64,000 bases of DNA, taken from contig NC_068993.1 of the NCBI RefSeq assembly GCF_001194135.2, positions 36,493,624-36,557,623 on the forward strand, in the 5' to 3' direction. The notes under the pieces are model-generated. The model made no database searches. It was not told where the DNA came from and was given only the letters and a program-made list of their open reading frames with translations. The stretch's first letter is position 1. Each line of letters begins with the position of its first letter. Positions 36,801 to 51,164 of this stretch are shown here, piece after piece. The position numbers and the translations under genes were made by a program. This DNA comes from Octopus bimaculoides. Taxonomy: Eukaryota.

Positions 36801-37963
36801 ACTATTGTTGTTGTAGTTAAACTCTGGCTCATATCTGGTTATAAAGACATATTATTCAAATAAATACAAGTTGTGATCAACTTTTATTCAGTTTTTGTTC
36901 AAAGCAAAATGTATCTTGGATATGCAGGGTGTGTCACAAAAACCTTACATATTTTTCAACAGCAAATATATGATATGCACCAAATCAAACCATGATGGTA
37001 ACTAAAAGAAAATGGTTAAGCATTAGCTACACAAAGACACTACTACCAGCTACCTAACTTCACTAGTGCCACACCAATGGCTGTCTAAAATATCAGAGGA
37101 TTTTCTGCCAAACCATATATTTGTTTCTCTTCCGAAACAGTAAAATGTAAATTGAGAGAAATTTAGCTGTTGTTTCTCACAGGCCACGTAATCACACAGA
37201 GAACACAACCATCCTATGTTAGCATTGTTAATTATGTATAATTTAATAAATGTAAGAAAATAAATTTGGAGCAGTTAATTTTAAAATGCTGAAGTAACAG
37301 TCATCCACTAATTATTAATAATTTACATTAATTAATACATATTTCAATACTGAGTCACCATTTCAATGTATTTGACTTGTTAATTATTGAATTTAAGAAC
37401 ATTTATTAATTAATCTTTACAAATATATAAATTCTTACTTATACATGGAGAGTGAGGAGAGTACATGATCTTTTCCATAAATCATATTATGGGGGTTTCT
37501 TATCCATTTTAATACTTATCTAAATCAATAGTGATTCCATATAATTCTTCAAGATTTTCAACACATCATCATCATCATTTAGTGTCCACTTTTCCATACT
37601 TGCTTGGGTCAGAAGGAATTTGTTGAGGCTGATTTTCTATGGCCAAATGTCCTTCCTATTGTTAACCTTCACTTCTTGCCAAGCAAGTTAATATTTTCCC
37701 ATGACCACACATGCTTTCACAGAAGACAGGAAACGAACAACAGTGCTTGTATGATGGTGATGCTCGTTTACAACCATCATATGACATGACGACAAGAGTA
37801 TGCACACACATATACACACACACACACACGACAAGCTTCAGTTTCTGTTGACTCAGTTGGCTTGGGGTTATAGTAGAAAATACTTGCCCAAGGTGCCATG
37901 CGATGTGACTATACCTGAGACCATGTAATTGGGAAGCAAGCTTCTTGGCCACACAACTACATC

Positions 37964-37999
<36 letters not shown>

Positions 38000-40900
38000 G
38001 GTATAACTGTTTGAAAAACTACTTTAGCAATGCAGGCAAGAAATTAAGTAAAATATGTATAAGGTGATGCCAAGAAATGAAGACAAAGATAAGCTTTTGT
38101 ATTACCTTATGCAGCTTATTTAATGCTTCTAATATATTTTGGAGAAAGCTTCCATTTATCAAATATAAAACAGAAAATAATGCAAGAGCTAAGAGAGAAA
38201 CTGTTATTACCGGCAAGCCATTTTGGTGTGTTGCTAAACCAAATTGAGTTGTGACAAAGCAGGCTTGAGAAGGTTCTTTATACTTGCTAATGGCAAGGCA
38301 ACCTCTGTAGTAATGGTACTATAGGAAAACCCACCTAGTACATTCTGTAAAGTGGTTATTGTTAAGGTGAGCATCCAGCCATAGAAACCATGCCAAAACT
38401 GAGACACTTGAGTAAGATGCCATCCTCCAACTTATTGGATCCTATCGAGCTGTCTCAACCCATGATGATGATATATATATGGTAAAAAGTTTGCTTCCTA
38501 AATGTATAGTTTTGGGTTCAGTCTCACTGCATGGCACTTTGGGCAAGTATCTTGTACTATAGTACCCCAGGCCAACAAAAGCTTTGTGAGTGGATTTGGT
38601 AGATGGAAACTGAAAGAAACCTGTCGTGTGTGTGTGTATATGTGCTTGTATGTGTATTACTGTCTCCTTACCTTGACATTGTATGGTGGTTGTAAACGAG
38701 TGTCACTGTTATGCAAGTGGTGTCATTCATTTCCAATCTTCCATGAAAATATATCTGGACATAAGGAAAATATTACCTAACTGAGAGTTGGTGACAGGAA
38801 GGGCATCCAGCTCCATAGAAATTCTGCATCAATAAATTGTCTGATCCATGCAAGCATGGAAAAGTGGTCATTAAAACGATTATAATGTATATGTCAGTAC
38901 TTCATAATTTCTAGCACATTCATATATTATAAAATTCTGAATAAATCACACAGACATGTGAGGAAACTAAACATGGAAGAATTATATAGGACATATTTTT
39001 TCATCTGGTAGAAATAACATATATATATATATATATACATAGATATTAAAGTTTTAAGGGGAAACTTTTTATGGGTTACCCATCTTCACAAAGAAAGCAT
39101 CATGTTTAAAAGAAAAGTGAACTTTTCTTTTGGTAGGGTTTTGAATCAGCTACAGATGCCCTACAAATAAAACCATTTTGTTACCATATTTCTATTTATA
39201 TATTCTGCATTTATTTAATTTTGAAAATAATAAAGAATTTATTAAAGTAACTTTGTCATTATCAAGCTGGGTTTTAGCACTTAAATTTAACATGAAACTT
39301 TGTCTTAAAAGTAATCTAAATTAAATTTTTTCATCAGTTTGTATCAAAGAACCAGGGACTGTCTCAGACAGGTTGGTATCTAAAGAGTTGAGGACCTAGT
39401 AAGAGAGGTTACTTCTATCTCTTAAACCTCTGATATAATAAGATTACATTCTTATTTAAGCAAAAGATTAAATTTTCAATGAATCAATGGATGAAAACTG
39501 CAAAAGAAACTTGTCATATGTGTGTGTGTGTGTGTGTGTGTGTGCTGGTGACATGTAAAAGGCAATTGTGCCAGTGACAGTTAAAGGGCACACACTATAC
39601 TCTGGGAGTAGTTGACATTAAGAGGAGCATCCAGCTATGGAAATCGTACTAAACCAGACTGGAGCCTAGTACAGCTCTCCAGCTTACCACTTCTAGTCAA
39701 ACTGTCTAACCCATGCCAGCATTGAAAACAGCCACTAAATGATGATGATGATGATGATGAAGGGATGATGTCTGAATTGACTCCTGGTACATCATTACTT
39801 TTACTTAATCTATCCAACTTGGCAGGATACAAAAGTAAAGTTGATCACTGCAAGTTTGGGGATTGAAACTAAGTATTTTATTGCATTTAGTGTAGAGTTT
39901 TGTTGTTCACACCAGCTTTGCTGACCCTTTCTCTGGAATAGCCATAGTCTCTGATGCTCATTCAACAGTGCTGATCACACTTTGCATGACTAATTACATG
40001 TATCTCTCCAATATCACATTGGGAAACAGTAACGAGAGAATGTGTGTGTGAGAAAGGAAGGAAGAAAGGAAAGAGAGGGAGTAACACAATATAAGATGTG
40101 TGGAGGAAATATGAAGAAAATGGTTTTACAAGAGCACTTCTCTCATATATTACAACAGTTAATACACTATACAGGTAACAACATATACAATGAAATCAAC
40201 TCCTGTATATTTGGTCAAAGAATCCAGTGTGTATATGCTGCCAGAGTTGTGCACAAGCATTCAATAGACACTTATATCATACAATCATTCATCTACTTGT
40301 GATTACATATATTTACACATAAGTTATGCTGACATACACACTCTCATATATATATGCGTGTGTGTTTGTATGCTCATATGCATTATTCTTTGTATAAACC
40401 TTTGCTCACATGTAATTCATTTTTACAAAGATACTTTATCAGCATCACACACACACATATATACTCACCCAAACACCCTTATAGATACATATGTGCATGT
40501 ATGTGTATCTATGTACAGAGTATAGGAGATCACCTTTGGAGTATAACTCATTAAACTATTTTATACACCTTTACTATCTTCATATAGGTCAGTGCTTGTT
40601 CTGACTAAAAACCACAGTTGAACTTGTGTGTGTGTGTTTGGCCATGTGTGCATGTGTTGTCTACACATGCATAACCATAAATTGTTATAAAAATACTGAA
40701 AATGTAAATACCATTTTGATGGTACAGCGGCATAGACTTATTTTACAGAAATTTGGTGAAATTTTATAGCATTGCATATTGATGAGACATAAAAAGAAAA
40801 TTGTAGAAGAGTTAAGACCAATGAAAGGGGGCTTGTTTGTCTGAGTAAAATAGAATATTCAGTTCTGTGAAGTAGGAGTTCATTTGAGGACAGGGACAGA

Positions 40901-41509
40901 TTTCAGATATGACTGGCTTACATAATTTTTAAATGAGTTACAGATCTTTCCATTCTGAGTTCAAATCCCACAGAAGTCAGCTTTACCCTTCATCTTTGTG
41001 GGGTTAATAAAATGTAGTACCAGTGAAGTACTGGGGTTGATGGTTTGATTACACCTATTATACTCAGAATTGCTGGTCTTGGGCCTAAACTGGAAACCAG
41101 ACTTACTCTAAGCATGTACCTGTAGACTAGAAAATAACAGTCAGGCATGGGCTTGTACTATTAGCAGTCAATGTAATCCTGGATATGTAGAGTTCCTTGA
41201 TTGTACTTAGCTGCATGTTCTCCTCTATCAGTGGTCAAGGTGATCCTGGAGCCTGTGGAGTTCCTTGACTGGCTTTAGCTGGAGGCCCTCTTGCATTAGG
41301 AGGACTGCTTCAAAGATGTGCTCACATATTTTGTATACTATTATCCTATTTTCCCTCATCTCCCTTTTTTCCACTCATCTTTTATAAAAAAACCCACCAC
41401 CACCACCACCACCGTACACTCAAATTGTAAACTATTCTTGTGATGTCTCCCTCAAATGATGCCTCTATGACAACAGAAATCATTGTTATTATTATGGAAA
41501 ATGGGACAA

Positions 41510-43300
41510 TTTCCAACACAGGCAAAAAAGCCAACAATTTTAATAAGGGACAACAGTTAGTCATATCAAACCCAGTATGTGACTGGTATATTATTTTATC
41601 AACCCCACAAGGATGACAGGCAATGATGACCATGGCGAAATTTGAGCTCAGAATGAAAAGAGGTGTAACTAAATACCACAAGGTATTATACCCAAAACTA
41701 ATGATTCTGTCAATCCACCACCTTAATTGTAATAATCATAATATAATAATAATAATAATAATAATAATGTTTAAGGCACACAACCACTAATTTGAGGAAA
41801 GGAATGTGGCTGATTTAATCAACCAACCACAATGCTTGATTATTGGTTATTATACTGATCTTTGGAGGGATGAAAGAAAAAGTGAACTATGATGGGGTTT
41901 GAACTCAGAATCTAAAGGGATTTAGCAAACTATCACAATCCAGTGCCCTAACAGTTCTGCCATCAACCACAACAGTAATAGTAGTAGTAGTAATAATAAT
42001 AATAATAATAATAATGATGATGATTATTCCAAATTTTTGGCACACGGCCAGCAATTTTAGGGGAGGGGGTAAGTCAATTACATCAATCCCAGCTCACCAC
42101 CTTAATAATAATAATAATAACAATAATGATGACATTATGTGCATCTCTGATCATGAGTAGAAGTAGTGGGGAAGCATCATAGCCATGTGTTGATAGGAAT
42201 TCTTTATGGTTTGAATAATTCACTTCTGGAAACATAGGTGTTTCGTTTAACATCCTTAAAGAATCCTTATTCAGGGACCTTTTGAGTGGAATGGGCTATT
42301 TGACCTGAAGAAAATTCTAACTGGTCCCCACTGGCAAGGTCATGCACTCTTTATCTTGATATGAGATCACCAAATCATATATATATGGTTGTGATGCATG
42401 TGCCTGGTGTACCCTTATGAGACTGGTAGTCGTTTTGGGTATATTGGGCTTCGTATATTTGTACTCCAGTGTCACTTTGATGGTATGCACTGCTCTCTCA
42501 CTCAGTAATAATAATAATAGTTTCTGATATAAGCATAAGGCCTGAAATTTGGTGGTGGGGATACAATAACAATGACGATTGTTTCTGATTTAGGTGCAAA
42601 GCCAGCAGTTTTTAAAGAAGGAGGTAGTTGATACCATTGACCCCCTCCCCAGTTCTTGATTCGTACTTTTTTTTATCAACCTTAAAAGGAGGGAAGATAA
42701 AGTCGACCTCAATGGGATTTGAAATCAGAATGGAAAGAGCTAGAACAAATACCACTAAGCTTTTTCTTCCGACACTTGTAACGATTCTGCATACCAACTG
42801 CCCTTATTAATAATAATAATAATAATTATTACAAAAGCAGCACACTGGATGAAATTCTTAGTGGTTCATATTCCACTGAGGTTGATTTTGCCTTTCATCC
42901 TTTCTGGGTTGATAAATTAAGTGCCTTTGAAACACTGGGGTCAATCGTAATCAACTAGTCCCCTCCCACAAAATTTCAGGCCTTGTGACTTTAGTAGAAA
43001 GGATTATTATTATTCCACCGAGCTCCCCTCCCCACAAAATTTCAGGCCTTGTGCCCATAATAGAAAGGATTATTATTATTATTATTATTATTATTACTAC
43101 TACTAAGGCAGTGAGCTAGCAGAATTGTTAGCATGTTGGACAAAATGCTTAATGGTATTTGTTCTTGCTCTTTGTTCTGATTTCAAATCCCTGCTGAGGT
43201 TGACTGTGCTTTTCATCTTTCTGGGCAGGTGGGTATGTCAATGTAACCAACTTACCTCTCTCACTAAAACTGCTGGCCTTATGCCAAAATCTTAAATTAT
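41510..43300. mobile_element. Second SINE family B cluster (minus copies then plus copies) in (AAT)n tracts
   Basis: Minus copies at ~41510-41720, 41800-41970, 42025-42100 and 42530-42810; plus copies at ~42830-43085 and 43105-43300; duplicated tail at 42957-43010 / 43025-43085. Confidence 0.7.
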
Positions 43301-43934
43301 TATAATTGTTATTTCTAACAGAGGCTTATGGTCATAGATATTTGGGTGACCAGTATAGTTGAGGAGTTCAACCTGTCCCTAATTTATCAAACATCTAACC
43401 CTCCCATCCCTGAAAGATAATGTAGACCTTCTTTAGGTTTGGACACAGAACATAAAGTAATCAGTCTTGTTCTGATTCCAGCAGATGCATTTCCATTTTA
43501 TATTATTAATGAAGTGCAGCATAAATATCACACATTTTCTTTTCACTCCAAGCCCTACACTAATCACTACACCTAGTCTTTTCCCCCACAAGACGTCAGC
43601 ACTCTGGAATTTCTTTTATGCTCATATCATTTTCACAGGGGCTGACTTAGAAAGGTTCTTCAATCTCATCAGTCTAGGAAGTCTTGCAGAGATCATCAAA
43701 GACCATGAGTACTGTCCTTTCCCCCCAGACCTCGGAAGTTTTAAAAATATTAAAACCTACATGTATGTACATACAAAATGGAGTCTGAGAAAATTGATTT
43801 TGGTCTGTATCAGCTCTGACTACCATCAAGTTAGATATGTTTGTATGATGTTAGGGGAGAGATGACAGTTCTAATATATTGGGTCTATTTCTTCACCTGA
43901 AAGGAAAGAGATTTTACATACATTCAAAAATATA

Positions 43935-44345
43935 TGTATGGGCATGGCTGTGTGGTAAGCAGCTTCAGTCCCAATCATATAATTTCAGGTTCAGTCCCAC
44001 TGCATAGCATCTTGGGCAAATATCTTCTACTATAGCCCCAAGCTGACTAAAGCCTTGTGAGTGGATTTGGTACACAGAAACTGTGTAGAAGTTAGTAGAA
44101 AGTGTGTATATATATAATGCGTGTATCTGCTTGTCTCCTCACTACTTAACACCTGATTCATAAGCTTGTTATGTAACCATGTGGTTTATTTACATCCCTG
44201 TAACTTAGTGGTTCAGCAAAAGAGACTGACAGAATAAGTACCATACTTAAACAAAAATAAATTAGTACTGGGGGTCAATTTGTCCAACTAAATTCTTTAA
44301 GGATGTACTGTATCATGGCTGTCCAATGACTGAAATGAAAGATAT
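43935..44345 (+). mobile_element. SINE family C copy
   Basis: Collinear with 32500-32895. Confidence 0.75.
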
Positions 44346-47300
44346 GCACACACATGCATGTAAATGGTAGTCGTGAAAGAGATTAGGATGTATATTTTTA
44401 TTATTATTTTGCTATTTCTGTTAATTCTCTACTTCCCTTTTTGTTGCTTTCAACTATTACTCTATCATCATGGTGTTTATGTGAAGAGACATGGTTAGTC
44501 ATTGTTCTCCCACACCACCACACACTCTTACCATCACCATCTTTACTGTTATCCTTTCACCAGTCAATCACCATTTTTCAAATCATTGTTGACTCCCCAC
44601 CCACACACATCTTACTCATTCTTTCATCATCCTGTCTTCACCCAGCATGAAGCCACCTATCACTGTTTCTCTTCTATTACTCCCTCCTCAATAATCCAAA
44701 TAACTATCTAATCTATTCATACTTATGCTCATACTCACTCTATTATGTCTACATTGAATAGATAACTTAGGAGTAGTAAGGTACCTTTAGTCATCAACCT
44801 CTCTATGCTGGTGTCACTAATTGATGCAGTTTGTAAAATGATTGATGAATGAACAGAGATGTGAGAACTCTTTAATCTTGCTGAGGCAAGACATCTCCTC
44901 TAGTGCTGGTGCTACAATAAAATGCACCTAGTCCACTGTAAAGGGATTGATGTTGGAAAGGGCATCCAACCAAATGACATGTATAAGTGAAATGTGGATG
45001 TCAATGCATCTAGGAAGGCAGAAACTCCAAATGAGAACTGATCCAGACTGTCACAACTTGTCCAACCCATGCCAGCATGGAAAATAGACATAAAATGATG
45101 TTAAAGATGATAGTAAGTGCAATGACTTACAACTTAAATTGATGAATTGTCAGAATTCTTCGTAAATGTTTATTAAGTGAACCTTTTTCATTAATGTTGT
45201 CAATGCACCTACTAAAAGCAAGAATGGTGAATAATGGAATTGAGAGAGCAGTTTCAGTTAGTGATTGATTGATTGATGTTCGATTGATTAAATAATGATC
45301 AATTTGACTAATGTTACCTCTACAATTTATAGCCTTCAACCAGTGTCATAAATCTATGCCAAATAAAAGTCAAGTTCATTAAGCATGTCTACGAGTGCAG
45401 AGATGGGCCAGGTGATTCATAAGTTTATGTAATCAAGTGGTTTTGGATTCAGTCTTGTGTGGCACCTTGAACAAATGTCTTCTACATAAGTAAACTTGTG
45501 AGTGGAATTGGATTGTTAACCTGAGGTTAATCTTGATAGAGCAAAACTTATGGTCAGAGGCTGTCCATCAGTGACCATGCCATCTGTTTTGGGTGTGTGA
45601 CAGAATTACATTAACATATCTTTTCTCATTATAGATAATGTGATTTGTGAGAGATTTGACTGCGATTTGCAGCAGATCAGGTGCGAAAGTGAAATTGAGT
45701 AAATGGAAGCTGTACCACACCCTTGTTCGTGGGTAGATTTAATCCATCACCCTTACACCTACCACCACCTAATCATTGGATACATTCAGCAGAGTTCACC
45801 CTTATTGCATTCAGGGCATTCTAGTAAGCCCTGAAAAACAATACAGAAGTGGTGCCATGGATAGATGCTCTCCATTTTCTTCACAAAACTATAAGACAAC
45901 AATTAGAAAACTAAAAGAAAAAAAAATTGTAACTACCATTTTTGCCAACAATCCTAATTGGCACAAAGTAACACATTTTGGGAAAGAATAAAAGTGATTG
46001 AATAACCCCCTTCTTGGATTTAGCATGGATTCTTTAAATTCTCCCTTTCTTTCTTTTATTATTTTTTTCAAAGAAAAACTTTCCTTCTTATGTTCTGGAT
46101 ATCAGAGATTTGGAATCTTAGAAACATACAAAGGAAAAATGTTTAAGAATAACCAGGGAAGATATTGTTGTGTGGCTGAGAAGTTTGCTTCACAACCAAG
46201 TTGTTTCAGGTTCAGTCCCATTGTGTGGCAACTTGGGTAATTACCTCCTACTATGGGTTTGTAAGTGGACTCAGTAGATAGAAATTGTGTGGAAGCCAGT
46301 CATATATATATATATATGTATGTATGTGTATATTATATATACATATATTATGAATTTGCTTAGGGATAGCGATACTAATAACCTGTTGTTAGAACTTATG
46401 CTTTAGAGTAAAGTTAGGTCAGTACAGAGCATAATATCAATTATTTAATGACAAAAGAACAGGAGTCACATGATCATTTTCATTAACAAAGTCTTTTGTC
46501 ATTTACTAATTAAGACATATGTGTATGTGCATAAATATATATGAGTGTGTGTGTTTGTCTCCCACTGTTTCACAAATAGTGTAGGCTTGTTTATGCTCTC
46601 ATAACTTAGTGATTTGGCAGAAAGACAGAACAAGTACAGGAGTCAATATGATTGACTAAAAATCCCCAACATGGTCACATCATTATGACTGAAGCAAGTG
46701 AAGGAAAATGTCTTTTTCTAATCAGAAACTGGTTAAGGTGAAAGGATTTAAAGCTGCAAAACACACACACACATATATATTGTATATATACACACACACA
46801 AAAATATATTTCATTTGCACTTTAATTACTAAATTTAGAAAGAATCATTATTTTTAGCTTGTCTGTGGATGACAGAATTGTGCTGGCTGTTTTGTTACAA
46901 CTCTTTATTTTTTAATTTCAAATTCCACTAAGACCAATTTTGTCTTTCATCATTGATAAAATTATTAAAAAAAAACAAAAAACAATATTCTGAGGTTAAT
47001 GAAGTTGACTTTTACCTATTTTTTTTCTTTAGAAATATACCATTTAAAAGAAAAAAAAAATTCATGTTTCTGGGTTTGATAAAACATGTACCAGTCATCT
47101 ACTAGGGCTTTCTGTTTGGTTACTCCCTTCTCCAAAATATGTGACCTGGTGCCAATATTTTAAAATCATGATTACTACTAGTATTATTTAATGCTTTTGA
47201 CAGAGTAATTTTCAGGGTAGTTTATTTTATCAACCTAGCAGAGTTGAAAGGTAAAGTTCAGCTAGGCAGGATTTGAACTCAGAAACCAGAACAAATACTG

Positions 47301-47446
47301 ACAATTTATAAGTGATGCTGCTGGTTTTGGTAAAAAATAATTCTGAAAAACTTGGATACACGTGGGTAATTGTGTAAGGATGTGTATTTGTTGGATGGTG
47401 TAAATACTTGTAAATTTAAGTGTGTGTGTGTGTGTATGTATGTGTA

Positions 47447-47538
47447 TATATATATCGATTTAAATAAGAGCTAAAATATGATCTATTGTAAAAAAAAAAT
47501 GGATCATCTTTTAGCTCTTATTTAAATCGATATATATA
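47447..47538. repeat. Near-perfect inverted repeat / hairpin (30-bp perfect arms, ~40-bp total stem)
   Basis: tatatatatcgatttaaataagagctaaaa (47447-47476) is the exact reverse complement of 47509-47538; inner atgatctatt/aatggatcat; poly-A loop. Confidence 0.9.
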
Positions 47539-48876
47539 CAAAAATTCACATGTGAGTATTTTGCTACGTTTGATAACAGATACAATATTTTTACCAAATT
47601 TTGGTATAAATCTATAAATACATACATACATACATACATACACACACCAAAAGACCTTTTACATGTACATGCACACAGATATACGTGTATATTAAATACT
47701 TCATTATACGTGTCTATCTATACACGTGTAAATACACACATGCACACATTAACGAATCAATCACTGCACCACCCCACCCCACCCCCACTCAAAAACCCTC
47801 ATCACTTTTTTTTCTGTTTATTGACTGTTGAACTTATCCTTTGCTTTTCTCACACACACACGCATTAAAAAATAACAAAAACAAGGAAGTGTGTGTGTGA
47901 TTGTGTGTGTGTTTCAGAAACAATGTATTTTCTTATGCTTAGTTGTTATTGTTGGGGTGGGCTGGACTGGCTGAAAATTAAGAAGACAAAAAAAAAAATG
48001 AAAAAAAGTCAGTTGAAGATTTACCATCACAAAGTTGGAATTGGACAATTATTCATTTCTTGGAATTTCAAAACAAAAATAATATCTGTCTTTTTCTTTT
48101 ACAGGTAGATGTGATGATAGTGTAGGAAAAGGAATAATAAAACAGCAACATGTAAGGAAAGTGTAAAAAGGATATTATTATTATTATTATTATTATTATC
48201 ATTAATAATACCATGTTCTTTATTTCTCTTGTCCTCAATCAAGAATGACTTTTGTGGGTTTTTTTTTTTGAAAATATACAAAAAAAGTTTCACTTCTGAG
48301 CTTCTCCCTTCATTTTTCGGTGGGATAATTTTTGTTGCTTGTTTTTTTTAGTTTTTATGATAAAAAAGGAATTTTTTTTTTCCTCTCATTGAAGTAATCT
48401 GAAGTATGTATATCTGTATACATGTGTGTGTGTGTTTCTATATACATATACATATGAATGTATGTATAAATCTGTGTATGCATGTGCATATATATTTGTA
48501 TATATACATAAAAGTATGTATAAATACATGTGTGTGATTGTATATATATACAGAAATCTATGAATGATTGTATGTGCGTGTGCATATGTATATATATATA
48601 TATGTATCTGTATATACATTATTGCGACTACATGGGCCTAAAAACCATTAGCAAAAGTATAGGAAATGCTATCAAATCATCCTTGACTGCAGCTGTAGTT
48701 ACACACACACACACACACACACACAAACATGCACACATATATACACACACACATATACATATGTATATATACATTTAAAAATATGACAGTTGAAGGACCC
48801 TACAGCAATTGTCTTTTTTTTTTTTTTTTTTGCTTTTCTGTTCCCCCCTTTTTTTTTTTATTAAATTCCATCATCA

Positions 48877-49071
48877 TTATTCCAGCACCCTGGCATTTTT
48901 TACATTTCTCAAAGCATTGGTCTTTACAAAGTCTATCTCCCGATATTCACAAGAAGGAGGAGGTCCACTTGGGGTCTCAGCAGTGTCGTCAAGTCTTAAG
49001 TCCAAGTATTTCAACTCTCCGCAGTCGGGTTTACCTGGTGCTGGTAATATCTGACGCATTCCTTGTTTAGA
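48877..49071 (-). CDS. GAB/DOS-family docking protein, terminal coding exon (SKQGMRQILPAPGKPDCGELKYLDL...CEYREIDFVKTNALRNVKNARVLE*)
   Basis: Minus-strand acceptor ttttcttttctcag|. Tandem C-terminal tyrosine motifs YLDL and YREIDFVKT.AL match the SHP2/Corkscrew-binding tail of vertebrate GAB1 (EYLDL...DYVVVD..KT.AL) and Drosophila Dos (Y..VDFVKT). No PH-domain exon was seen, so no symbol is given. Confidence 0.8.
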   Translation of the reverse strand, partial: SKQGMRQILPAPGKPDCGELKYLDLRLDDTAETPSGPPPSCEYREIDFVKTNALRNVKNARVLE

Positions 49072-50061
49072 CTGAGAAAAAGAAAATATATGTTATCTAT
49101 ATATACAGAGAGAAAACTTTGATATTGAATACTTATGTAACAAGTTATGTGATTGAATGCATACAAGAGAGGAAAACTTTAAAAACACTTTATCTCTCAT
49201 CAGATTGGAATATGTAAGTATGGTCAAAGGAGGACATAAAGCATCTATTTCAATGGAAAATTATGTGCTCAGGTGGCAGATGGTGGTATCTCTATTCAAT
49301 CATAATTGGGGTTCAACTAACTAACTGCAATCTAACAAGAGAACATCTCTCTCATGTTTTTGACCATTAGGTCATGGTATACTTACACCACAATAGTCTC
49401 AAGATGCATCACAAGTCTTTGTGACAAATCAGAAAGTGCTAGGATATTCAGAAAACTGGGTTGTTCTTTAATGCACTGCACCAGTGTATGTATATTTATC
49501 ATCATCATCCTTTAACATTCATTTTCCATGCTGGCATGGGCTAGATGGTTTGACCAGAGTTGGCAAGCTGGAGAGCTGCACCAGATTCCAGTGTGATTTG
49601 GTTTGGTTTCTACAGCTGGCACCTGAGCCAAATCCTTTGTAACAAAGTGCAATGCATGCATGCATCTGTTCTAAAATAATTTCAATTGTACTAGTTATAT
49701 TTTTATTAAAAATCAAACTTTTACAACGACCTGATAGTGTGATCTAACACTTTTAGCACCTCCTCATTCAATGTGCCATGGATTGAAAAAGTTTGAAAAT
49801 TGTAGTTTGACTAACTAGACATGTTAAGAAAGAACACATTAAATGATACAGTCTTAAATGTAGGTCTCTGAAAATGAAAATAACATAGGATAGTCATGGT
49901 TGGAATATCTTTGATTATTAGTTTGCTTAATCAGATTTGAATTGGCATTTTACAACAAATTATTTCTCTCTCATAAATTTATGTGGTGCTCTGTATATTC
50001 GAGTAAGAAATCCTTATTATAGAAGACAAACAATATCAATTATATCTAATTGTGTGGAATA

Positions 50062-50098
50062 TACACACATAGTCTCTCTCTCTCTCTCTCTCTCTCTC

Positions 50099-50129
<31 letters not shown>

Positions 50130-50140
50130 AGGGAGATAGA

Positions 50141-50172
<32 letters not shown>

Positions 50173-50715
50173 TAGAGAGAGGGAGAGGTAGAGAGAGAGA
50201 GAGGGATAGAGATATAGAGAGAGATAGAGATATAGAGAGAGAGAGAGGTAGAGATATATAGAGAGAGAGAGGTAGAGAGAGAGAGAGAGGTAGAGAGATA
50301 GAGAGAGGTAGAGATAGAGAGAGAGAGATAGAGAGATATAGATAGAGAGAGAGATATAGATATAGATAGAGAGAGGGAGAGAGAGATAGATATAGATAGA
50401 GAGAGGGAGAGAGAGATAGATATAGATAGAGAGAGGGAGAGAGAGATAGATATAGATAGAGAGAGGGAGAGAGAGATATATATAGAGAGAGAGGGAGAGA
50501 GAGATATATATAGAGAGAGGGAGGGAGAGATATATATAGAGAGAGGGAGGGAGAGATATATATAGAGAGAGGGAGAGAGAGATATATATAGAGAGAGATA
50601 TATATATATAGAGAGAGGGAGAGAGAGATATATATATATATAGAGAGAGGGAGAGAGAGATATATATATATATAGAGAGAGGGAGAGAGAGATATATATA
50701 GAGAGAGGGAGAGAG

Positions 50716-50776
<61 letters not shown>

Positions 50777-50803
50777 TATATATATATATATAGAGAGAGA
50801 GAG
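50062..50803. repeat. Compound (AG)n/(AT)n microsatellite with higher-order ~24-30 bp periodicity
   Basis: Read directly from the sequence; explains the low-complexity ORFs at 50017-51013. Confidence 0.95.
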
Positions 50804-51164
50804 GTGTGTGTGCAGGCGTGGCTGTGTGGGAAAGAAGTTTGCTTGCCAGCCATGGGGGTCAGTCCTGCTGCATGACATCTTTGGGAAATGCATTCTACTG
50901 TAGTCCTGGGGCCAACCAAAGCTTTGTGAGTGGATTTGGTGAATGGAAACTGAAAGGAGCCCATTGACTAGATATGTATGTATTTGCATGTACCCTGTCT
51001 TATGTGTGACCATGAAGAAATATTGCCTTGCTCAGAAACAGTCGAGGTGAGGGTCGGTGACAAGAAAGGTATCCAGAAGTAGAAATATCTGCCTCAACAA
51101 ATACCATCAAACTCATACAACCATGGAAACGTTGCTGTTAAATGATGATTTTATTTATATATAT

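Noticed and set aside
50017-51013. 300+ aa ORFs on the minus strand
   Set aside because: Translations of (CT/AT)n microsatellite.
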